DNA from: Girardia tigrina
Lineage: Eukaryota
Assembly: GCA_001938485.1 (NCBI GenBank)
Contig: MQRK01246564.1
Coordinates: forward strand, 3,603-60,770
Length of the DNA: 57,168 nucleotides
Reading direction: 5' to 3'
In this document: positions 24,080 to 36,200 of the stretch, one piece after another
Numbering within the stretch: position 1 is the stretch's first letter
How the letters are laid out: each line of letters begins with the position of its first letter
Notes under the pieces: generated by a model
What the model was told of the DNA's origin: nothing
The model's input: only the letters and a program-made list of their open reading frames with translations
Databases searched by the model: none
Made by a program: the position numbers and the translations under genes

Positions 24080-24295
24080 TCAGCTAATTTTATCTCGAAG
24101 ATTTAAAATTGCATTACAAACTTGTTCATACACAGAAAATCTTAAACCGAGCGATATGAAAGATTTTATAACAGACGCCTTTAAACCCTTAATGAATCCC
24201 CCTAATCCTTCAACGGAAAAAATAACAACGACGCATTTTATCACTCCGTTAGAAACATGAAGCTTTCCAAATTTAGATCTCGCTTCTTCAAACCC
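24080..24295 (-). CDS. SLC25A19: SLC25A19 exon 5 (terminal)
   Basis: GFEEARSKFGKLHVSNGVIKCVVVIFSVEGLGGFIKGLKASVIKSFISLGLRFSVYEQVCNAILNLRDKIS*. Confidence 0.92.
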   Translation of the reverse strand, partial: GFEEARSKFGKLHVSNGVIKCVVVIFSVEGLGGFIKGLKASVIKSFISLGLRFSVYEQVCNAILNLRDKIS

Positions 24296-27200
24296 CTTAA
24301 AATAGATTATTTGATAGAGAAACTATTTATTCATTACGAACTTGAACTTGCATTCGTTTCTTAATTATATCGATTGGATAAACACATATCTTAGCCATCG
24401 ATCCAGCAATTCCTCCAGAGAAAGCACTTTGTAAAAGACCTAATAAAACACTTTCAAATATTAATTTTCTGTACAAAATATTTTAAATTATAAATTTTAT
24501 ATAAGATCGCAATAAAATAAATACATACAAGACTCCTCGTTTTATTATGGTTTCTTCATATTGTCAGATCAAATACAGTAAGGTCTCCCATGACGTTACT
24601 AATTAGAATTGACGAATTTTTACCGCATTATTAAAAAATTTAATGCACATTTCATTCAAGTAAAATACTGTGTACTTTTCTAATTGAAAGAGAATATTCA
24701 TGGCTTAACAAATTTGCTTCTTCTTAATTTCAAGTCATTTTATTTTGTAATTCTAGTAAATGTTTTTTCTATCCATTTTGAAATTCTGAATTGTATGTTT
24801 TAAGAAGAATATTGTGGTAAATAAAATAACGCTGGTATGTTCTAGTGTTGGTAATTACGATAACATTTTAATAAAATATATTTTCAAATAAATTGAAAAT
24901 TAATCACACACAGCTTCTTTCTATATAAATATCAAAGTAGAGTCCAATGATTGACCCTGCTTATAACCTGGTATTGATTTCGTAATAAAAATTCAACAAT
25001 TTCTTGATTGCCTATCATTTCATTAAATTTGTTAATTGAATTTTGTAATCTTTAACGATATTTAAGCAAGACTTAATAATTTCATTAAATATACATAGTA
25101 ACATATTTAAAACAATCTTAGTATAACTTAAAAGAATAATTTTTTATGAAAAATTTATGTGAGGTAAACTTCTGACTGTTGTAAGTTTGTTGTTTGTATG
25201 CTGTTTAGATTGGTGACTCTCCTACTCAGATGGGATTGATATGACATTGATTAATTATTTAAATCTAATGAGATTAAATACTAATTAATTAAAAAGTTTC
25301 ATAATTATAAATTTTAATTATATTTTTAGTAAATGATTTTAACTTATTAAATTTAATATAATTTAAAAACTAATGTTTATTTTAAAAATTGCTTAATGCA
25401 TTTTTATCCAATAAAATTTTGAAAAATTAAAAAGTTAATATTATTTTTATCTCATTAATTAAATCAAAGATTTGAATATAAAAAAACAAAAAATATAATA
25501 ATCAAGAACGATGCTTTTCGCAGATTGTGCTGCTGAAAATGAGTCTGTTTCTGTCGTTAATGTTTTCACGCAAATTGTGATGTTGCTAATAACGATTAAA
25601 GTTTATAAGCAGACGAAAACTCCATAAAACCAATTACAAAATTTAAAACATCAAATAAATACTCCCATATATTTTTTAATAACCCAAATTGAAATGCTGG
25701 ATTGCTCATGTAAGACAAATGCGTGATAGGAGAACTGTCCTAAACTTCAACCGTGTTATAGAAAATGTTATAGGAAAGCTGTTAGAATTTCAAATTTAAA
25801 AACTATTTCTAATAATAATAATAATTTGTGATAAAATCAATATGATTCCCCTAGATCAAAGAATCACATCTATATGAAGAATGATCAATGAATTTTCTGA
25901 TGCAAAAAGTAAAAATTTAAAATTGAGCATCAATACTTTTCATATATTCTTCGTAGTAACTATGTAAAGTTTCAATCTCTAAAAACACAAAAGAAAGTCT
26001 CTGGTGAATCGGATAACCTTTCAATCAGTTCCTTGACGGCATCAATTATATTTTCCTGCGATTCGTAGTGAATACTCTGCATCCTCTGGATTCACAAATC
26101 GAAACAAAAGAAAGTCACATGGATCAGATCAGGACTATCGAATTGGTGGCTAAATTCTTGGATGTGTTTTCAGGCCTGAAAATTAATCACAACACGCGAT
26201 CTGTGAACAAGAACATTGCCATTATGCAGCGAATTTCTCGATTTCAGTTCCTAAGTCGTGGCCTGGTCGAGATATATAACTCCTGTGGCAACCATATTGT
26301 TGTGTACCACTTCCTAGTCACTATGCTCTGCAACACCAATGTAATTGAAGCAAAATGACAAACCCTGGCTAAACAATCGAACACCCTCTGTTAAGCTGCA
26401 CTGCGCTCTGAGGTGGATTTTTTTTAGAAATAGTTCAACCAATAGATTTCAATTGCGCTGACTGCTGCTTCATTTTTTTGAGTTAAATCTAAAGATATAA
26501 GATTCACCGCGGAACCACCCAACATCAAACCTAATGATCATCACCCAGTACCCAGTTACTATAGTCGCTTTTAGCTCATTAGTGAGTCTGTGTGGTATCA
26601 AACGTTCAGAAATCTTTGGGAGGCTGAGCTGATTATGCAAAATAGTGATTGTCATGCTATATGTGATAAACTCCAATTAGATTTAGATAGCCACCTCTAA
26701 ATGTGCCACAGTCGCGATATAAATAACATACTCTTTCAAAGTGACATCTACATATAGTCCAGAGCGAGCCTCGTCTTCTAGAGAGCATTGGCCACGTCGA
26801 AACTCTGCAAACCACTGAATCATATTATGGGTACTCTCAAATTATCGATATAAGTAGGAACTTTGTCTTACAGTTTAGAAATTGTATCTTTAGACTCCCA
26901 TTTAACTTCCCAAAAGTAAATTTCCAGTAAACAAAATTGTGACATATACACATAGGAAGTGAACTAATAAAAGTATTTAAATGGTAAATTGTATTTAAAT
27001 AAATTGAATTGAATTAAAATATATTAAAAAGTGCATATTAACATTTACATGATTAACATTTACATTATTAAGGTTCATTATCATTTTATATTAACTAACA
27101 AATCAAAAAAACTTTTTTTTAAAAACAATGCTTTATTCAAATAAAAATCCCTTAAAATCGATAGAAAATTCGCAATTTTCAACAATTTATTCGATTTGGA

Positions 27201-30200
27201 GTCGATATTTCGGGTTCAAGGCTCGAACTATTTGTCCGATCAAACGGGTTGTTGTGAAGAAATCATCGGCTGAATTTAGGAGAGCATTTTAATATGTGTT
27301 TCAGTGCAGCTCAACTGTGCGGCCACAATGGAATTACAAACTAATGGTCTAACTCGAAAATTTTTGATTGAATAATTTGAAGCCAATTCCTGATTTGGAT
27401 AGTGCTATTTCATCCTTAAACTATCAAAAATTTGTTTTTCAACACGAGAAAAGTATAAAAAAGAGTAGAATAACCCGATTCCAGAAAAGAAATATTTTTG
27501 AACATTCCTCATGACAAACATATAACCAAATAAATTATAATTAATAAGGAACCCTAAATGTATTTATTACAAAAAATAGCAAATATTCATAAAGATATGA
27601 ATTTATTAGTTTTCTATTTAATTGAAAAATGGAGATCATTTGGGGATAATAGCAACTTTGTTTTGGTGGAAAAAATTATTAATTAATTAATCAGATAGTA
27701 AATTTTAATTGATTCGTGCATTGTCATCGAAATTACAAATTAGGGGAAAATTTCAACTCAATCGAACTATGGAAATAGGTGAAAAATATTTTTAACGTTT
27801 TTATTTTGTTATATATACAAACGATTGTATATCGGGCGAAATCATAAATTAAATTTAACTATGTAATTGCGCACTATTATTTCTATATTTTTATAAACTA
27901 TACTGTTGTAATTTTGTCGTTCATGTTTAATTTTTTTACATTTAAATACAACTTTGGATTGAAAATGCATATTTTTTCATATTTTCTCTTGATACATAAA
28001 ATATAATTAAAAAATAATTTGTTATAGTCGCAGTTTTCGTTTTGTAACAACGTAAAAAACAGCAGCAAGAGTTTGACATTCATATATGAATTATTTGTGC
28101 CGCTCCTAATAATCTCTTATAAATTATAAATAAAAATTATGTACTTGTTTTCATAAAATATCGTAAAAGATAAATTGTTACAGTATAATTGTATAATAAT
28201 TAGAAAAAACTTTTGTTTGAAGAGTTTAGTAGACTTAATAACAAGCATAATAAGTATATTTACACATTTTTATAAATTTCTATTTTTTAGTTTAGATAGG
28301 AATTCCCGCCATAGAATAATTTAGATCTGACACTGTCTCGCAGTTACATAACGAAAATTCAAATTTAGATGATTACGAGTATTTATAAGATGCAATTGAT
28401 ATTGTCCGTAAATTTATTTACGAAATGAATTTCCATTTATCTTTTAACTTTTTAACGATGAAGTTATTCATTACATAATGGAATCTTGTAAATGATTTTA
28501 TTTGGTATTAAGATAATGCCAGACAATACGCAGTGAAAAGTAGCAAATTATTTCACAGAAAATGGTACTAAACGTTTGCCTAAACCTTAGACTAAATGTA
28601 GAATATAGACATAGTTTCTTCAAAAATTAATAATTTTTCCTTTTTATTTATCATTATTCTGTTTTATTAATAAATTTTTATTGTTACAACTTTCATAATT
28701 TCGTTCTTTTCGAGTTATAAAATGTATTTTAAATTAAATTAATTTAAAGCAATTTAAAAAATATTTATTTTATGTGTAAATTATCAAAAAGTTAAATGCT
28801 TATTTAATTTAGAGCATGAATGTTTATCATTTATGAAGAATTATAAAGGTTAAAATTGTATATCTACTTGTACCTTAATAATTATCAAACTATATTTTAA
28901 AAGTCAATTAGCCAGAGTATTTTAGATAATACATACAGTGGTGGCCAAATATTTAACACCACTTTAAAAATTTTGTTATTTTTTTTTTAATTTTAAGAAC
29001 GAGAAGTTGACCAACAAAATTTATTATATTAAATGATCAGTAAATCATTTAGACGTACCTAGTAAGCGTTTACACAGATTGAGTTGAATCAATAGTGAGT
29101 TGGACAACCCTTGGTGGCAATCACCGCACGGATGCGGTCAGACATTGAATTTACCAAATTTTTGCACCGCCGCTGAGAAATCTTTTCCGTCCAAACTACT
29201 TTGACTTTAGCTTTAAGATCGTTCATATTTGCAAGCAGTGTGATGAAGAGACATCTTGGTCATGAAATAATGACTGGATCGGCACTATAAGCCACGTATG
29301 TGCACACACACCCATGGCACCTTATAATCTTTATTTTTGAATAACATAACATAACAGCATGTGATTGGCTAATATGTACATATGTGTATCCAGTACATGT
29401 AAAACTTTTTTAGACCCTCACGGTTGCATTAGTCATTGAAACTAATATCCAATGGGTCGTGCAGAGCTAATACCACCTACCAACGCATGAAGTTGGACCA
29501 TTGAGGTTTATGCCCCTTAAAATCAACATGACAGCTATTATCTATCGCCTCACGCTGCGAGAAAACCTTCCGGAAGCACTGTTACACCAGGAATGCACTA
29601 TATTTCAGTAAGATGGCGACATAATGCAGACCGCCAAGCATGTAGGCCAATAGTTTCATCAAGAGGGTGAAACGCTTCTTGTTCTATGGCCAGGGAACTC
29701 TCCAGATCTTGGGCATGATAAACAGGCATAAGAACCAAATCAATATTGCGTCTTTTCAAAACGTTTTGGAATATGGAAGACACAAATTGTTTTCTATTGT
29801 CACAAACGTCTAGAATCAGATATCAAAAGTACTTGAAAGTAGTTTGCAAAGCTAGCATGACAGATTGAGTCGTGATGTTGGTCAGAACATGAATTTTCAT
29901 GAAATTAGAGAAGGAATCAATGACTATTAAAAATGACTTCTCTTTGTAAAAAAATATATCGAGATGTAGTAGCTCAAAGAATTTATGGCACTCAGGCCAA
30001 GAAGATAAACAGCGATTCTCTTTTGATGATTGTGAACGAATTCAGGGTTCACAATTAAGAACTAGTTTTTGCACATCAGCATCCGTTTTAGGCCACCATA
30101 TAAATTGTCTGAAAGGCTGCCTCATGCGGACAATTCCAGAATGAAAACCGTGAAAACAGCAAGCACTCGTTGTGAGAGAAGGTGGTACTACCAACTTATG

Positions 30201-33200
30201 ACCACAGAACAAATATCCATTATTTACTGAATATTCCTGTCTGTCACAAGTATAGTGTAGTAAATCATTTTCTTCCACCTTTCCGGTAGCTTCATTATTC
30301 CTGATTCATAAAAACCTTTGCCTTTGTCAGCAAAAAAGCCGTCTAGGAACGATTTGATGTCATCATCACTGGCGAATGTTTTGCTGTTTAAGGAATTCTG
30401 CAGTGATCTAAATAAGTAAAAATTCGATGGGGCCAAGTCTGGAGAATACGTTGGGTGCGGCAAAATCTTCCAACCCAGTGATAAGAGTTTCTGGCGAGTG
30501 GTCAAACTTGTATTCGGTCTTGCGTTATCATGCTGAATTACAACTCCTTTTCGATTTGCCAATTCAGGACGTTCCTGTTGAATTGAATGAGCCAATTTCT
30601 CCAGCTGACCCCAATATCTATCTGAATTGATAGTTTCATTCCTCGGAAGGAGTTCAAAAAACACAATTCCTTTAAAATCCCACCAGACGAAAAGCATAAC
30701 CTTCTTTTGGTGAATTTCTGCTTTTGGGATCGTTTTGGCAGGCTCACTCTTCGGAATGATTTTGGGCCATCCATGTTGATCCCATCGAATAAATTTATAT
30801 AGAACCGACGTTTTTGTAACCTTTTGAATTTCTGGGAATAATGATATTTGGTCTTCCTGTAATAAGTGTGCCACTGTTACCTCATCTGGAGCCACCTCAT
30901 CTTACAGAGCTGGAAGACGACTAAACGCATTAAATTACCAATACTTGAAAATCTTGATTATGGTTTCCATAAACTAAATTGACCAATCCAACACTAAGCA
31001 ATTGCAACGGAGAGCCATTGTAGCATGAAACTTTGGGTGTTTTATTGGGAGGTTTTATTATCAACTCAGGTACATAACTTGTGGGAATGATTGTTACTTG
31101 CGAGCCCGTATCAATCAGAAATTCCAACGGGTTACCAATCACCAACAGAGTCCGTTTGTATTCACCGCCATTGATCGCAGCAATGCAATGTAAAGTGTCA
31201 TCTGATTCCATAGACAACGTCTTTACCGATTTTGCTTTGCACACAGATGAATTGTGACCCAATTTGTTTCAGTTGTGACATTTGAAGTTCTTGTGTTTGC
31301 ATTATTTATATGGATGACCTTTTTGCCACATGAATAGCACAAATAATTGTTTTTTGGCGAGGAAGGCTCAGAGCTCCTGATCATGTTTCTTTCATCATGT
31401 CTGGCATTAATCTTCGCTATCAATCCCGACCCAGGATCTGTGCTCGAAGAATTAATAGAAACTGCTGTTGATGTAATAAAGCCGATTGCATTGCTGCTTC
31501 TAAGGTTAAGTCAGATTATAGTAGCAGCTTCTTTTGAAGTGTTATATCTCGAAGATCATTTATGAACTGGGTCAACAACAATTCATTTAGAAGTGTTCCA
31601 AATTCCCAAGCTCATGCATTTTTACGCAAATGAGCATGATAATCTTGAATGGTTAACTCCATTTGTCGGCTGTTGAAGAATTTATACCTCTCATGATGAA
31701 GTGTTGATTTTGGTCGTAGATGATTTAACAATATGTCACGTAAATTGTAGTCCTTGTCCTTCTCAAATGAAAATATGATTTTTGTCAATGAGGGAACACG
31801 GAGAAAGCAAATTGTTCAACAGTGCATAACAATCCGTGCCGCAGCTTGTCAGAAAAACTCATTTCAAATTACTATCTTTGTAGTGAACATTGACAATAAA
31901 CTGAAAATGCTTCAACCATTGTACAGCTGCTGAAAACTCCAATTTGATGGGTTGGATAACATGAGCCATTTGATTTGTAGAAACATAAAGACTTTGACTG
32001 GAATAGAAATAGTATAGTCGAATAGTAGATGCAGTAGATTGGATCTAAAAGATTCTCGTCGCCATGTTAAGTCAATAAATCAGTTTAGCTATTTTGTTAA
32101 AATTTACGCAGTTGATATTTATTTAAACAGACCATATTTATAACATAACAATACATAGCATATAAGTTTTTCTCATATAATATTGAATTTGAATTTTTTC
32201 TAACTAAATTATTTGGTAAGATTAAATTTTAACTAACCCCTCATACTCCAAATATAAACAAACTAAACAAACCTATTTTATGAATTTCTAACGAATTGTC
32301 ATCCTTGTCATACTTCTTCAATAATTTCGTCAATGTATTATTAGAGAGATTATAAAAGAAAAATTGAAATCCTGTTTGAGGAGCAACCAAAAGAACACTC
32401 GGTACAAGGCCACGAAAAAGACCGCGAAGACCTTCATTTTTACTAATCATAACAATAGCTGATAAAAGAGACCTAAATTAAATAATAATTAAAACATTAA
32501 TAATAAATGATATTTGGAATCATAAATGTATTTTTACAACTTCGAAATTAACTATAGTAAACCTTTGTGAAGTATCAATATTAAATTTAAAAAAAATATT
32601 TCAAATTAAAAATCTAAAATAATATACATAAAAAGCTTAATCTATTGCTATCATTTTAAGATATAAATTATCTATTGGTCATCACCAAAAAGTCATTGCG
32701 TTTTTTACTAAAATATTTATTATCAAAAAATGACATGGATGCACAAATATTTTTACACGATATACTGTCCATTATTTTCAATCACTTTCTTCCACCTTTC
32801 CGGTAGCTTCATTATTCCTGATTCATGAAAACCTTTGCCTTTGTCAGCAAAAAAACCATCTAGGAACGATTTGATGTCATCATCACTGGCGAATGTTTTG
32901 CTGTTTAAGGAATTCTGCAGTGATCTAAATAAGTGAAAATCCGATGGGGCCAAGTCTGGAGAATACGTTGGGTGTGACAAAATCTTCCAACCCAGTGATA
33001 AGAGTTTCTGGCGAGTGGTCAAACTTGTATTCGGTCTTGCGTTATCATGCTGAATTACAACTCCTTTTCGATTTGCCAATTCAGGACGTTTCTATTGAAT
33101 TGAATAAGCTAATTTCTCCAGCTGACCATAATATCTGTCTGAATTGATGGTTTCATTCCTCGGAAGGAGTTCAAAAAAAACAATTCCTTTAAAATCCCAC

Positions 33201-36200
33201 CATACGGAAAGCATAACCTTCTTTTGGTGAATTTCTGCTTTTGGGATCGTTTTGGCAGGCTCACCACGTTTTGTCCATGATCGTTGGCGTTGCACATTGT
33301 TGTAAACAATCCTTTTTTCGTCACCCGTAATCAAGTGCTTCAAAAATGGATCACTTTGTTCTCGCTTCAAAAGGAAATCACAAATGTCTATACGTTTCAC
33401 CAAATGAATTTCTTTCAGTTCATGTGTAACCACATATCGAGTTTACTGACGAATCCAAGTTTCTTTAAATGACTTCCAACACTTGACTTTGATATTTCCA
33501 GTCTCTGCAACTTCTGTTGTCGTCATATGTGGATTAGATTTGATCAGTGCTGTTATTTTGTTCCCATCAACTTCAACTGGTCAACTGGAGCGTGGTGCAT
33601 CTTTCAGATGAAATTTTTCAGAACGAAATTTAGAAAACCAGTATTGACACTGTCGAAGTTTTAAGGAGTCACTACCATATACAAAATATATATTCTTATG
33701 AACTTGCACAGCGGTTTTCCCTTTGCGAGAATAATGCAACAAAACATGACGAATATGAACATTTTGATTTTCCATTTCGAATTGACGGTAAAGTAATAAA
33801 TTAAAACAAAATCAATTAATATTTTGTATAAACATAGTCTGAAAATTAAGGTTTCAGAATATATAATTGAATTTAAATTTTATCACATCGTTTTATATTT
33901 TCAAGCTTTTTATTAGGACGTTCTGAAAAACGCAATGACTTTTTGGCCAACCCAATAATATTTGAAAAAGTAGAAAATAACAAATTGATAAACAAATATT
34001 ACCCAATTTAAATATAGAACCATATATTATTATTCTGAAAAAAATACAATTATTGCTTCAAAAAATATTAGCATGTTATCATGACCATTATAAATAATAT
34101 CGATTAATGGGTAAACATTTTTGAAGTATCTAAATAATATTTAATATACAAAATGTTAAATATGTTGGTGTACCCTGAATATTAAATATATTGATCTCTC
34201 TGTGTAATATTTAAACAATTAATATCTAAAGTTTTGTCCCGTGTCTGTCAGATGAGAAAAGTTTAAAATAATAATAATAACAATAAAATGATGATAATTA
34301 ACGCAAATAACAAGGATGTAAGAAATCTGATACATCAAAAATCTTTTAATTTATAAACTTTCATTTTATACATATTAAATGAGATAAAATAGTTAACTTA
34401 AAAAGTATATTATTAATATCAATTTAATTAAGATTAAAAAAAAACAAAATCACAAAAATAGAAATTAAAATTAAAGAGCTTCACAAAACATGAATAAAAG
34501 TACTTGGGAATTTTCTTTGATGTTTGTAAGAAAAGAAAGGCAAAGATATGATTGTATTGTTAGAAAATTTTTTTGCAGCTACACAGGTATTATTTTTAAG
34601 AGAATAAAATTCAATAGTTTATGATAAATTTCCTAAAATAAATGAAAACCTGATATAAAGATTCTCTAAAACAAGTTTATTTGTTTAAGATATGAAATAC
34701 TGTCATATGTTTCGTGATTTTGTTGCATTTATCTATATTTTCTTCTTAGGTACAACTCAATAAATTAAGAAAAAATATAAAATAAGAAAATCAGTAGGAA
34801 CTACATATTCAAATATTGAAACTCAAGAAATTTCGTAAACAACTTTATAAAATAATCATTTCACATACATCAATTTAAATTCATAAGAATACAAAATATG
34901 GTACTTAACTTCAAAATTGTTTATTTTAAAACAAATTTATAATCAAAAAGTAAATATCATTTTGTATCACTTTACCTCAGCATTACTTTGTAAAAAATAA
35001 ACCGTTTAAAACGAATTAACAATTGAAATAACACCAATATTAACAATAAGTATTGAAAATATATCATTTGGTAAATATCGCGAAATACTTTTCGCGTGTC
35101 AAATGCACTAAGTAAAAGTCCATTGTGATAAGAGTATATTATAAATTCGTCCATTTTGTCATTTACATTTTCTATCAGAATTTCTTATAATAAAATAAAT
35201 ATTCATAAATACATTGTCCGTACAGTCGACTGGCTTAACGGTTACTAGTTATATTAAGTTATGAAATCAAATAATTTGGAATATGGCGATAGACGCATAA
35301 ACAAACATTTGTTTATCACTTCGATTTCTATTATGTATAGAACTTTACAATATAAACTATATTATATCAAAGACTTTTAAAAGTGCAATTGTAACGACTT
35401 AATTACAGAAAATGAAAAGAAATCTCTCTAAGCATTGATTCTCAGAAAAGAATCAGAAGAACCATTATCAACTTTTGATAAATAAAATACAATTTTCAAT
35501 TTCATTAGTAATAAATTTTGAGTTTTGCTTTTCGAAATGTATCAAAAACGTTTAACTAAATCCTTCTAAAACGAAGGATCAAAACCTTGATGATTATGAT
35601 AAGAATCAGAATATTAAACCAGTACAGTTTTCTTAATTAAACAGATTTTAGCTCTTGTCATAAAACATATCATCTGTCATCCAGATTTATCACTCGGAAT
35701 TAATGGTTCTTAAAAAAATATTCCACAAATAATAAATAAAATAATGAAATCTCCCAATGTTATCATCTCTTGAACAGACTGATAATTTATCAGAGACGAA
35801 ATTAAAAATTATCGAGCGTTTATTCAGTAGTTTTCTCTAAATATAATTCTAACTGTTACTTCTGTAAAAGCGTATTGATCTATGCAAATTTAGTGATTTT
35901 TCTTAACTAACATAATGAGTTTGATAAACACAGTTGAACGCGAATATTCAGTTTATTGACTTATAGCACATCACAAGTTATACAATACCTGGTTCTTGGC
36001 GCCATTCGACTGGCGCGTTAATTGCAAGATTTGAAAACAATTAAATTTCGCAACAAGTTAGGAAAGTAAATTAATTTTGAAATGAAAAAAATATATGTAA
36101 AGCATTTGAGAAAAGTTATGTTCGGATTGAACGAAAAAAACTGTTTAAAAACTAATTCTAATATTTTTGGGGCAATGATTAACCAAAATAAAATCAAATT

